NCBI GenBank assembly: GCA_036479435.1
Contig: JAZGFI010000099.1
Span: 1-64,000, forward strand
Reading direction: 5' to 3'
Source of the DNA: Planctomycetota bacterium
GTDB taxonomy: Bacteria > Planctomycetota > GCA-002687715 > DRQF01
Length of the DNA: 64,000 bases
Shown: piece by piece, positions 49,455-59,387 of the stretch
Layout of the letters: every line of letters begins with the position of its first letter
How positions within the stretch are numbered: the stretch's first letter is position 1
The notes under the pieces: model-generated
What the model was told of the DNA's origin: nothing
Databases searched by the model: none
Seen by the model: the letters and a program-made list of their open reading frames with translations, nothing else
Position numbers and translations under genes: made by a program

Positions 49455-49943
49455 CTAGCTGCGGCGCTTGTTCTTGTTTGAAGAACGTCGCGCGCCCGAC
49501 TGAGTGACACTCGCCATGATCCGAGTTTTTTCAATTCTCTCAGTGCTCTTCGTTTTGTTCACACCTAGAAATGCAAGGGTAATGGCGATGAACCCCCCGC
49601 TGCTCAAAAGTCCGCCCTCAAGATTCTTACCCTCAGAGAGGAGGTAAGTCGAGCAGCCGAGAAGTGCGAGCACAAAAACCAAGCCTGAGACCAAGCCAAC
49701 GCGGGTCTTGAAAGTCTCGTTTGCAACAGCCTGCTTTTCAATTTCTTGTCGGTGATCGGATTGTTTCTCCACCATTCGAAAAGCACGGTCTGCTCCATTT
49801 GGAACGACTTCACCGAGCTTCTCAAATTCAAACGATGGTGGAAACGGCGATGTGAACTCTAAGTCAACGCGGCTTTCGTGATGAACAGTATGCGAAACCT
49901 TCTGTTGGTCAGATTTGCGATTTGTGGGGTTCTTGTCGGGCAT
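49455..49943 (-). CDS. DUF2335 membrane protein
   Basis: SPFPP...E....VVPNGADR.F.M.EKQ..HR..IE followed by two TM helices. Confidence 0.85.
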   Translation of the reverse strand: MPDKNPTNRKSDQQKVSHTVHHESRVDLEFTSPFPPSFEFEKLGEVVPNGADRAFRMVEKQSDHRQEIEKQAVANETFKTRVGLVSGLVFVLALLGCSTYLLSEGKNLEGGLLSSGGFIAITLAFLGVNKTKSTERIEKTRIMASVTQSGARRSSNKNKRRS

Positions 49944-49965
49944 CCAAGTGATGTTCGGGGATGGA

Positions 49966-50211
49966 TTATTCTGTCGTCGCTTCGCGTGTTTTCGCCGACT
50001 CAGGTCGCATCTCCATTGCGGCTTGTTTCAAGCCATCCAAAAAGTCGCGACCGACCATCTCGCAATCCATTCTTAAAGCAACAAAGTCAGCTTGACTTCC
50101 ACTCGGTGAGGTGACGTACTCTTCCGCAGAACCTGTTATGTCGATAACGCTGCTGAATCCGTCCCAAAACCCCGAGTGCGCCGTCAGAAAAAAACTCTCG
50201 GGTTCATTCAT
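49966..50211 (-). CDS. Small acidic hypothetical protein upstream of DUF2335
   Basis: FWDGFSSVIDITG ... AD..ALR.D..MVG.D pattern; AAGGAG RBS. Confidence 0.75.
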   Translation of the reverse strand: MNEPESFFLTAHSGFWDGFSSVIDITGSAEEYVTSPSGSQADFVALRMDCEMVGRDFLDGLKQAAMEMRPESAKTREATTE

Positions 50212-50241
50212 GATTTGACTCCTTTGGTCAACATAGACCTA

Positions 50242-50270
50242 AGAATATGTACGGTTGCCGCAGGAGTCAA
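50242..50270 (-). promoter_or_regulatory. sigma70-type promoter of the DUF2335 pair
   Basis: TTGACT-N17-TATTCT on the minus strand. Confidence 0.6.
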
Positions 50271-50512
50271 CCTTGAGAGAATTGTCGACATTTCTAAACC
50301 TTTTCAAAACAAAGCTTTAGACACGAGCGATCGGCCCCGGACGGACGTCTTTGTGCTTGCACCTGAACAAGAAGTCACCGAAATGGTCTAAACAGCCAAG
50401 ACCGGAACTCTCTCACCGTAGTGAAAGACGAGCGGCTTGCTGCTTAGGTACGTTAAAACCAACTCAAAACTCTTGGCTGAGCTAAAGATCTCTGACAATC
50501 CGATCCCAGCCG

Positions 50513-50575
50513 AGATAGCGGGTTTGGCGATCAGCGGTCGTGCGCAGCGCGATCCGCTGCATTGCCGTGTTAGGC
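50513..50575 (-). other. attC-like integron cassette recombination site
   Basis: GCCTAAC (R'', contains the FRG stop TAA) ACGGC AATGCAGC GGATCGCGCTGCGCACGACC GCTGATC GCCAAACCC G|CTATCT; imperfect palindrome with an extrahelical base. Confidence 0.75.
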
Positions 50576-51447
50576 ACCAACCTGCTGAATCGCACCAACT
50601 GCAGCTGCCCCCGCGGGTGCCCTAAGAAGTAGTTCGCCATAGCCATAGTCGTAGGTAGCCGGAGGGAAGAGTGAATGGACGCTTGTCAGCCCGCCGGAGC
50701 CGAGCCAAAGAAGCGCGTCGAACAGCGACACTCGGATAACACCGACGATCAAGTCTGAGTAGTCCATGCGTGTGTGGTCGTTGTGCCTCGCGCGTCGCAC
50801 CAAGAGGCCGTGTTGCGCATGTGGCCGCACGAAATGTGATGGCGCCGCTACCCGAAGATCGACGAGTTCGGTATCGCCACCACTCCAGAAACCGGGCCGT
50901 TCGCGTTTTTGCGTCGAAGCTGGAACGTTGAGCATGACGACATAGACGAACTCCTTGTTTGACCGCACAGCGCGCTGCTCAAAGTGGAGAAACTGAGCTG
51001 TTGGGCCTGAGCAGCGAGCCTTGTAGCAACCGAACCACAATGCCACCCAGATGTTGTCGACTAGGTCGAGCCATCGTGTGCGCACACCGTAGTGCTGAAG
51101 CAGTGGCTCGCGAACGTCCGGCCCGACCGCCCTGAGGACGGCTTTGTCATCGGCGATTCTCGCGAGGTAATCGCCGATGGCCTTGTCGGCGGTTTCTTTC
51201 GAGCTCTGAGTGGTGAGTTCACGGTATAGCGTTGGCGTTAGAGAATCGAACAGCTCTACCTGACCGCGGAATGCAACTACGCACTGAGCGGTCTTGGCGA
51301 GGGTATGTTTGAGATACCCGGCTGCCTGCATTAGTAGGTGCGAGTTCGTTACATGATAAACGTAGCTTCCGGATGCCTCGTCGAGGACGAAGTCGCCGTA
51401 GGGCGAGTTGAGTCTCGATAGAAGAGAGTCCATCCTTGCGTGCCCAA
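50519..51447 (-). mobile_element. Solo integron-type gene cassette carrying the FRG gene
   Basis: Begins G|TTGGGC (GTTRRRY) 8 nt before the ATG; promoterless single ORF; ends in attC. No integrase in the window. Confidence 0.72.
50570..51433 (-). CDS. FRG domain protein
   Basis: FRGQ, L.PTLYR, LLQHYG.RTRWLD..DN.WVALWF, RPHAQHG. Confidence 0.9.
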   Translation of the reverse strand: MDSLLSRLNSPYGDFVLDEASGSYVYHVTNSHLLMQAAGYLKHTLAKTAQCVVAFRGQVELFDSLTPTLYRELTTQSSKETADKAIGDYLARIADDKAVLRAVGPDVREPLLQHYGVRTRWLDLVDNIWVALWFGCYKARCSGPTAQFLHFEQRAVRSNKEFVYVVMLNVPASTQKRERPGFWSGGDTELVDLRVAAPSHFVRPHAQHGLLVRRARHNDHTRMDYSDLIVGVIRVSLFDALLWLGSGGLTSVHSLFPPATYDYGYGELLLRAPAGAAAVGAIQQVGA

Positions 51448-53493
51448 CTACTGCTTGACTAGCTCTGGGTTGCGGAAGCGAGCTTTTTCGCTGAGGGGGT
51501 CCGGCGACTCCAAAAGCCCGCGGTCGATCATCAGGTCGATGCGCTCCCGGATGTCGGTGGGAGCGTCGGGCTCTGCCATGAGGCCCGCGACCAACTTGCC
51601 CTCGCTTCCGACGCGCTCTAAGACTGCAACGTCAATTTCGTCTAACAAGTAGTCGCGTTGGCTTTCAGCGACGTATCCGAAACGCTGCATTTGACCTTGG
51701 CTATCTTCGTAGACCAAGATGTTGTTTTCGCGTCCAAGACGCACGACGCGATCTGGCACGGGCGGTTCGTCCGTTGAGGTCGGACCGACCTGGGCCACAG
51801 CTCGCAGTTGGTAGAGCCGCTCGGGATAGCGAGCGCCGTAGAGCAGGCTCGCCCCGCAAGTGGTTAGTTCGATGTCGGACCGAACGTGATAGGCCGTATG
51901 CTGGCGGTCGGTGTCCCAATCAGAACCATCTAGTTGTTTCACCGTGGAAAAACCATGCTCGCCGGTCACGACTTCGACACCGAAGTCCTCTGGCCGGTGA
52001 AACACGGGGACGTCGTGATCGAGGCAAAAGGTCCCGGTGTAGAGCGACAAGTGCATCGACTCTGGATGGCGGCGCCAAAAACGCCAGGACTCGCGGGCAT
52101 CGTCTTCGCGCTCAGTCGGAAACCCGATAAACCAAGTTCCGCACATCGTGATGCCGAAGTCGCGCAGATGTTCGAGGATGATCTCGATCTTTTGGAGATC
52201 ATTCCCCTTCTTCATGCTGTCGAGTACCCGCTGTACGCCGGACTCGAACCCGAACTGCAACTGAGCGCATCCACCTTTTGAGAGTTTTTCGACGTAGATG
52301 CGGTTGGTGTAGATCTTTTCGAACTTGACCTCGGCGTACCAATGAAAGTCAAGATTGTCGCGGGCCACCTGTTTCGCGACGTACTCAAGCGTTACCGGCG
52401 GCGTCAGCGGGTCGAAGAAATGCAAGAATTTGACGCCCTGCTCTTCCACGAGCTGCTCGACGTCGTCGTACACGCGCTGGGGTGACCGCTTGCGAAAACC
52501 AACCCGGAAACTCTCGGGGCAGAAAGTACACTTGCCGTAGTAGCAGCCCCGCGAAGTCGTGTAGATGCCGGCTTTTTCGGGAAGCAGGTAGTGCGAAAAA
52601 TCCACCTCGGCGTAGTCCGGAGTCGGGCTCTCGTCGAGGTTGACGTTCTTGAACTTTACCGGGCGAAGCACCTCACCGGATTCGTCGCGACGCCAAAGCG
52701 CATCGACCTCATCAAAACTCTTTTTGCCTTCGACGGCGGTGACGATGTCAACGACCGCCTCTTCACCGTCGCCAACGATGGCGTAGTCGATGTAGTCGTA
52801 AAATCGCGGGTCGGTGAGAACTTTCTCGGCGCAATCCGAAATGCCCGTGCCGCCGATGACGAACTTCAGAGTTGGCATTTCACGGCGCAGCATCCTAGCC
52901 ATGAACATTGCCGGCGCCACTTGAATGGAGAAGGGGCAAGACATCGCGATGACGTCCGGCTCGAGCTTGTGCATCGCCGGAATGAAGTTCTTGGCGTAGT
53001 AATCGTAGTAGGGGTCGACGGCTTCGCTTTCTAGCCAAGGAAATAGATCCGCCATGTAGTCTTTGTGGCGCGGATCGAGGCGAGGCGTCAGGGCATTCAA
53101 GAACTTGTGCGTCGTCTTAACGACGCGGTCCATGTGGCGGTATTGCTTGGGATCGTAGAAACGTTCCGGGTCTCTTAGGCCGCTGCAGGCGCTCGTGGTT
53201 TCGTCCAACAGATCGCGGCGGTAAAGGCGCAATCTGCGGTAGGAATCGAGGCGCAGTTTCTCCGCGTTCGTGGGATCGGACTTGCCTTCGAGCTCGGCGA
53301 TCATCGCGTCATAGGTTGCGAGATAGCGCTGAAGGTTTTTTTCCTCGGTGAGATAGCTGAACGAAGCCGCATTGAGATCGTGAATAGAGGTTTTATAGCC
53401 GCCTCTTTTCAAGCAGGCGTTGAAGAGCGGCAGGGCTCCGAAAACCATCGTGGGACGAGTAAAGTCCGGTGGGTAGACCAAGGCAACACGCAC
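51448..53493 (-). CDS. B12-binding domain radical SAM protein
   Basis: VALVYPP, VIGG, GDGEEA, TSRGCYYGKCTFC, GFESGVQRVLDSMKKG, FIGFPTE. Confidence 0.92.
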   Translation of the reverse strand: MRVALVYPPDFTRPTMVFGALPLFNACLKRGGYKTSIHDLNAASFSYLTEEKNLQRYLATYDAMIAELEGKSDPTNAEKLRLDSYRRLRLYRRDLLDETTSACSGLRDPERFYDPKQYRHMDRVVKTTHKFLNALTPRLDPRHKDYMADLFPWLESEAVDPYYDYYAKNFIPAMHKLEPDVIAMSCPFSIQVAPAMFMARMLRREMPTLKFVIGGTGISDCAEKVLTDPRFYDYIDYAIVGDGEEAVVDIVTAVEGKKSFDEVDALWRRDESGEVLRPVKFKNVNLDESPTPDYAEVDFSHYLLPEKAGIYTTSRGCYYGKCTFCPESFRVGFRKRSPQRVYDDVEQLVEEQGVKFLHFFDPLTPPVTLEYVAKQVARDNLDFHWYAEVKFEKIYTNRIYVEKLSKGGCAQLQFGFESGVQRVLDSMKKGNDLQKIEIILEHLRDFGITMCGTWFIGFPTEREDDARESWRFWRRHPESMHLSLYTGTFCLDHDVPVFHRPEDFGVEVVTGEHGFSTVKQLDGSDWDTDRQHTAYHVRSDIELTTCGASLLYGARYPERLYQLRAVAQVGPTSTDEPPVPDRVVRLGRENNILVYEDSQGQMQRFGYVAESQRDYLLDEIDVAVLERVGSEGKLVAGLMAEPDAPTDIRERIDLMIDRGLLESPDPLSEKARFRNPELVKQ

Positions 53494-53776
53494 TGGATGA
53501 TCCTCGAGCGAGAAAAGGGAGTTCCGAGGCGCTAAAAACTCGGGTAGCTCCGTGGATTCTAAGGGTCTTCGGCGCGACTCAGCGGCAAAAGAGCCGAACC
53601 CTGCGAAAGTGTAGGTCTCGCGGCCTTAGCCTTCAAGAAACCATCGACCGCCCCAAAGCCTAGGCTTGAGGGCGCATCTTCTCTCGCCGCGGGAACTTAA
53701 CTCCAAATCCGGCCGCGGGGGCCGCGGGCAGCGAATGAGCCATCCAGCACTTCTTTTCGAGGTTTAGTCCTAAATT

Positions 53777-54475
53777 TCATTCGAAATGCAGGCTGTCGAT
53801 CGCAAACTTTAGCGAACGCCAGATTTCGATTTTTCCGGGCTCCTGGGGACTGATTTGGACCCGAAGGATGGTCGCCGTGGCTCCCGAAAGTTCAGTATCG
53901 ACGACAACATGAAGCCTTAACTCGTCTCCAGATCCAAAGGCATCGTAGGTTTTCACCAACCCTGAGTAATGCGCGCCGTCATTGCGGCGGATGAGCACGT
54001 CGGCCGGATCGGCCGGGAGATCAAAAGCTTTGCCTTGGCCCACCGCGCCGATAAGTCCGTCAAAGTACAGTTCGAAGATTTCCTTGAGTCGTTTGGAATC
54101 TAGGTCGGACTCCTCGATCTCCATCAAAAAGACATAGGACCAGAAATCTTCCGCGTCTGGCTTACGCCACCCGGGTGCGAAGAGCAGAGTTTCGCGGCCC
54201 TTAGGCATTTTCGGCGCGAAGCCAGGTGGTAACTTGATCACTTCGGGAGTCCATGTCGAAAGATCTACCCTAAATTTCTCCTCGGCTGGCGCCGCGACCT
54301 CCGTCTTAGAGTCGCAACTGAAGAGAACAGCCAAAACCGACAAATAAACCGCGAAGAACATGGCCGTTCGCCCTGGCTGACGTGGAGCTTTCTTCCTTGA
54401 ATCGGATTGCGTTTGAACTCGAGAGTTTGGCGCAGTGGAGCCTGGGCCCGCCAAGTTCGGTGACTGAAATGTCAT
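53777..54475 (-). CDS. Hypothetical lipoprotein
   Basis: Hydrophobic stretch ending LFSC; E.I.LPPGFAP.M..G.E.L.FAPGW...EDFWSYVF conserved-looking block; TAATG overlap with the upstream stop. Confidence 0.7.
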   Translation of the reverse strand: MTFQSPNLAGPGSTAPNSRVQTQSDSRKKAPRQPGRTAMFFAVYLSVLAVLFSCDSKTEVAAPAEEKFRVDLSTWTPEVIKLPPGFAPKMPKGRETLLFAPGWRKPDAEDFWSYVFLMEIEESDLDSKRLKEIFELYFDGLIGAVGQGKAFDLPADPADVLIRRNDGAHYSGLVKTYDAFGSGDELRLHVVVDTELSGATATILRVQISPQEPGKIEIWRSLKFAIDSLHFE

Positions 54476-57117
54476 TAGTTTGTCTCGACCATGCGAACAG
54501 AAGTCCAGTCATCTATAGATTGCCGGCTTTTGGGGCGCGTCTGCAAGACCGATCTACCGACCGGTATCCGTGCCCTTAGAAACCTCTTTTTATCCACCGG
54601 AACGGTGGTTAGTTCGCGGTTAGATTTTTCGTCCAAGCCACGAACAAAGCGAGCTTGTATCGATTCATCCTCAAGGTGTTCCTGCACGGAGGCGGTAGAC
54701 ATCGTCTTTTGCCAGTAGAGTTGCGGGCCCTTCAATAGAATCTCTCGCCACACTTCGCACCTTGCGCCTCCGGGCAGAGGGCCAACAAATCGCAGGCGGG
54801 CGCGGCCGGGACGAGCGGTCAAGACGAACTGCCCTTGCCGATCGACTTTCTTGGCTGGTCTTGCCGTGGCACCCCGGTCGTGCGGCGGGCGCACAACCTT
54901 GACGGTCCAACCTGGCAGTGGTGGAGCACCGTCGATCATCCATTGTCCCTTGACCTTGACATCAACCAGATCTCGCATGTCGATATCGAGTTTGAGTGTT
55001 TTGCGGTCAACGACGAAGGCGTTCCATCGAGGATCCATATCTTCGGGGTGCCTGGAGATCGACAACAACTCCTTTCGTCATCTCGATCTTGACATCGTAG
55101 ACTTGCTCATCGGCTTGCACCTGAAAGGTGATTTCAGCGCTTGCGAGACCCTCGAATCTCGCGACGACGCCGACGGTGGTCCAGCTCTTTTTTATTGGCG
55201 ATTCGAATCGCCCGTCCGAATCTGTTTTAACGGTGGTCACCCCGCTTGGATAGCGATTAGCGAACCCTCCCGTCATGGCTACAAAACTAGTGTGTCGGCG
55301 CATAACCGCCACCGTCGCTCCTTCGACCGGCTTGCCGTAGGCAAGGACACGTCCCTGAACCTCGGCGCCACGCGGCAGCCTGATGGTGAGGGACTCGGGC
55401 GCTGAGTCGTAATCGAAGGGCCCCAGAGTCTTGGAGCCGAATCCCGTTCTTCTCACCGTCACTGAGAATCTCTGGCTCGGAATCGCAAGCTCTATTTCTC
55501 CGTCCTGATCCGTATAGGACCATTTTTCTCCGGGAGTGAGTCGCGTTGCGTCCTTGGGTGACGAATTCGCGCCGTTCAAGACAGGCATGATAAGGGTGTC
55601 GGAAACTGGCTCGCCAACTAGATCGGTGACGGTGACGGTGACAGAAATCAGCTGCCGCTGCGGCAAGCGCAGGTTGACGGTTTCACCGCGCTTTGCGACC
55701 CGAGTGGGGCTCATCCCAAAGGCTCCCTTGGAATAGCGAGCAATGAATTCCATGGGCTCATCATCTTTTGCAAGCACGACGAAGCGACTGTCCTTGTCAG
55801 TTTGAACTTGTCCGTGAGGGGGCATGCTTTCCCTAAGATAGTCCACTCGTGCATTCGCAGCCGGGACTCCATCGGGTTGCAGCACGACGCCTTCAACCCG
55901 CCGTGAGCGCGATTCCTTGGTGAGGATGACATTCCCAATATCGATACGGCTACGAGGCGTCATCGTGAAGGGCGCGGTCAGTGTCCAAGGGTGACCGCGG
56001 GTGTGACCCCAGATACGAGCGCTCGCGTCTCCCAGGACATCGACCGTAATTCCTGAAAGCTCGAAGCTTCCATCGGCGGCACTCGTCGTTCGAGGTATGG
56101 CCCCTTGGAAATTTGGACCGCTGAAACTTAGGGCATCTAAGTCCTCCGCAACAACGCTATCGCTCGCGTAGAGAACAGCTCCGGCGGCGAACAACATGTC
56201 GAAGAGTTGATCTCGGGATTTTCTCAATGACTTGTCGGCTAGCTCAAGAACGACACGACCGGCCTCGTCGCTCCGCGCGACGTTGTTGAGGCCTCTTGCA
56301 CTCCCATCAGAGTGGATGGAACTTAGAGTGGCATTCGCAAGCGGCTTCATATCATCGCCAAGGATGCGGGCGCGCAACACCGTGACGTTTGAGTTAGCGC
56401 TCGCGAAAGGACTTGGAATTTCTAGTCCCGCGGCGTTAGCGAGCAGAAGGTTATCCGCCGAGCGACGGTTTGTATTTTCTTGGCCTAAGAGGGTGTTCGC
56501 GCCTCTCCGTGCTTTCGCGGCCGCGAAATCGCTGCGCGAAGCGACAGTATTCTCAGGGCCCGTGACCTTGTCATTGGCATGCTCGGCGTTGAGATAGATG
56601 GTGGCGCCTGCGGCGAAAATGATGAGTGCGGCAACGGCGGCAGCAGTGACTTTGGTAGACATTTTCATGAGCGCGACCTCCGCGATTCGACTTGATGTGA
56701 AATGGGTGCTGGTTCCGGCCGCGGCTACAAAGGCGCTGAGAGCGCGGGGAGGGCGTCGACTCGCTTGGCGATGTCGCGATGCAGCTCGAACCTCATCAAG
56801 ACTTCATCACTGGAACTTGAACTCAAGCCGGCAGTCGATCTCGAACTCGAACTCACCTGCGCCTCGCGGGCTTGTCGCCTCACATCGCTCCGAACCCGGT
56901 GGCGCGCAAGCCTGCTTGCGACTTTCGCCAGCCAGGGGCGCAAGCTGCCTTTAGTGTCGGGTTGCCTTTCCAGCGCGAGGGCAAGGGTGCTCTGGGCGAT
57001 GTCTTCGGCGGCTGCCCAGTCCCGCGTCAAGCGCTTGGCAAGTTGAAGGACCCACCCTGATTCCGCAAGAAGTGCATCAAGTTGCGGGTTGTGCGGAGAT
57101 TTTTTCTGAGTGCTCAT
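54475..57117 (-). pseudogene. Disrupted ECF sigma factor fused to TM and carboxypeptidase-regulatory-like repeats (three fragments)
   Basis: 57117-56725 is sigma region 2 (LLAESGW...LA.RL..D..AAEDIAQ..LRPWL..V) stopping at DALP; 56668-55007 has G.V....G.P...A.V / TD.DG.F repeats; 55068-54475 continues in another frame. Confidence 0.75.
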
Positions 57118-57227
57118 ACAGGCATTCTCCCGCGGTACTCAAGAGCGTTGCAACAATTGCGATTTTGCTTCGCAAAACCCCTGTTCCCCCCGGGTGACCT
57201 CCGAGGTTTTCTTAGCGATCAAGGGCA

Positions 57228-58058
57228 TCAGCGGTTGCGATTCATCCGGTCTCGCAATCGGTTTCTTGCTTTCATTCTTCCCGCTCGGTGCAACAAGAAT
57301 AGCCTTCTTTCGTCGAGCCCTCGCATTGAGGGCTGGTCATCAGGGCCAGCTTCAACCGCTAAAAGTGAAGTGCTCGCAGCATCATGCAAGCCTCCAGACA
57401 TCGCCAAAAAAACCTGGGCGAGTGACCGTGCCGAGAGCTCACTAACCGTTTGCTTGAGAATCCGAAGTCGCCTGCGGTACTCCTGTGTTTCTGTTTCACT
57501 AAGTACCTGGATCAAGCTCTCGACCTTTGTCCCGTTGTTGCTTGTCGCGACCAGCCGGTATTGCGTTCCCGGATCCAAAGCCAGATCCGCTGTGAAACGC
57601 TGCCCGGAGCGGAATTGAAAGATCTCATTTTCCGCGCCTAAGGGGCGGGGGCTGATCTTGAGGGTCACCGGCGAGGCCATTCCCATCACTTCAAAAACGG
57701 GTCGACCTGGCACCACCAGGCCGCGCGGCCTGACGATTCCCGGGGGCGATGTGGCGAGATTCAACCCGGGTTCTTCACCTCGCAAGATCGTCTTTACGAC
57801 GCCTCGCCAGGGCTCGTTTTCACGGGGCATGATCTCGGACAGCTCCTGCGCAAGGCGGCCCTGCCCCAACAGCGATTCGCGGAAGGCGACCAAGGCCGAA
57901 GGACCTTTCTGCGCCAAGGCTCGATAGGAACGAGAGGCGTCGAGGACCGCGGGCGCTGCGAGTTCCGGGCGGCCATCTCCATCGACTCGACCATGGGCCC
58001 AAATCAAAAAAGCGTAGATCGCCGAGATGCCAAGCATCCAAAAAAAGGTGCGCGTCAA
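57228..58058 (-). CDS. Hypothetical membrane-anchored protein
   Basis: N-terminal TM; 4-nt overlap with the peptidase stop. Confidence 0.6.
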   Translation of the reverse strand: MTRTFFWMLGISAIYAFLIWAHGRVDGDGRPELAAPAVLDASRSYRALAQKGPSALVAFRESLLGQGRLAQELSEIMPRENEPWRGVVKTILRGEEPGLNLATSPPGIVRPRGLVVPGRPVFEVMGMASPVTLKISPRPLGAENEIFQFRSGQRFTADLALDPGTQYRLVATSNNGTKVESLIQVLSETETQEYRRRLRILKQTVSELSARSLAQVFLAMSGGLHDAASTSLLAVEAGPDDQPSMRGLDERRLFLLHRAGRMKARNRLRDRMNRNR

Positions 58059-59263
58059 GACTTTGCTCCTTCAAAGAACCGCTTGGCGAATACCGCCAAC
58101 AGGGCCGTGCGGTCTGCCAGAGACTCCGCTTCGACCCACTCGCCTTCGGAGTGGATCTTGCCGCCTACGGTGCCCAAGCCATCGACCGTAGGACAACCCG
58201 CCTCGGAGGTGGTGTTACCATCGCTTGCCCCCCCGCGGTACTCCTCAGTGAGTTCGACGCCCAAATCCGCACTACACTGAACGAGTTGTGCGGCCGCACG
58301 ACGCGATTCTTTTGTCGCCAAAAGCGGCAAGTGGGGTTCAAACAAAGAACGCACGCTGCACACGGGTCGCGTGCTTTCCAAGCGATTCTCGATGTGAGTG
58401 CGGGTGGCAATTTCGCGAATGAGGCTTTCGACCTCACGGCCCGCCTCCGCGCTTTTGAACCGGCAATCGACCTGAAGCTCTGCGGACCCCGGAACGGTGT
58501 TCGCCGCCGAGCCCGCTTGCACCAGACCCACGTTCACCGTCGTCCCCCGCTCGAAATCATTCAAGGCCTCCAGCGCAATGATCTTGTGAGCTGCTTCCTC
58601 AGCCGCACTCAGGCCCATCTCTTTCTTGGCCCCGGCGTGAGCCTCGACGCCAGCGATCTCGATGCTGAAGCGAGCGCTTCCTTTTCGCTCCGTGACAAAA
58701 GTCGTTTGATGGGGCCCCAAACGACTGCCGGTTTCAAATACCAGGCAGAGGTCATGCCGACGAGCCTCATCGAGCAGCAAGGAGCGACCCGTGGGAGCCC
58801 CGGTTTCTTCGTCGGCACACAGCAAGATCGAAAGACCCCCCTGCCCCAAAAGATCTCTTTCGACCAGAATTCTTGCGGCCGCCATCATGACGACGAGCCC
58901 GCCCTTCATATCCGTAACCCCCGGACCTCGAAGCTGGCCCGGGTCGAAGGAATCGCGCCAAAAGCCACTCAAGGCGTGCTCTTTGGGATAGACCGTGTCG
59001 GTGTGGCCCAAAAGGAGCAGTCTCGGCTCCCCTTTACCCCTGGTTGCGATCAGATGCGGGCCTGCGGGCGAAATATGTTTCAAACGAAGGTCGAATCCGG
59101 CTTCGCTGAGCTGCTGAAGGCAAGTTTGCGCCATGCGGTCGACGCCGGCGGCGTCATCTGTAAAGGACGAAATTTCGACGAGTCGCCGCAGATTCTCCAC
59201 GTAAGATGGGGCCTCTTGCCGGATTATCTGCACAAGTTCGAGTTCCAGAGGGCTCAGTGGCAT
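58055..59263 (-). CDS. M20 family metallopeptidase (glutamate carboxypeptidase-like)
   Basis: LLGHTDTVY, GPGVTDMKGG, DEETG, EAHAG, GGASDGN, DGLG..GG.IHS..E. Confidence 0.93.
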   Translation of the reverse strand: MPLSPLELELVQIIRQEAPSYVENLRRLVEISSFTDDAAGVDRMAQTCLQQLSEAGFDLRLKHISPAGPHLIATRGKGEPRLLLLGHTDTVYPKEHALSGFWRDSFDPGQLRGPGVTDMKGGLVVMMAAARILVERDLLGQGGLSILLCADEETGAPTGRSLLLDEARRHDLCLVFETGSRLGPHQTTFVTERKGSARFSIEIAGVEAHAGAKKEMGLSAAEEAAHKIIALEALNDFERGTTVNVGLVQAGSAANTVPGSAELQVDCRFKSAEAGREVESLIREIATRTHIENRLESTRPVCSVRSLFEPHLPLLATKESRRAAAQLVQCSADLGVELTEEYRGGASDGNTTSEAGCPTVDGLGTVGGKIHSEGEWVEAESLADRTALLAVFAKRFFEGAKS

Positions 59264-59387
59264 CGGGTCGCTCGCGAAAATGTTTCGAACTGGCCCAAAT
59301 TTGTCGCGGAGTGCCAGCCGAAAACGACCGTACCAGTGAACCGTGGGGCGTCAATGAGCCTCGAAGCCTGACTCGGAAGGACAAGCC

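Noticed and set aside
58151..59371. 406-aa plus-strand ORF
   Set aside because: Antisense shadow of the M20 peptidase; no recognisable motifs.
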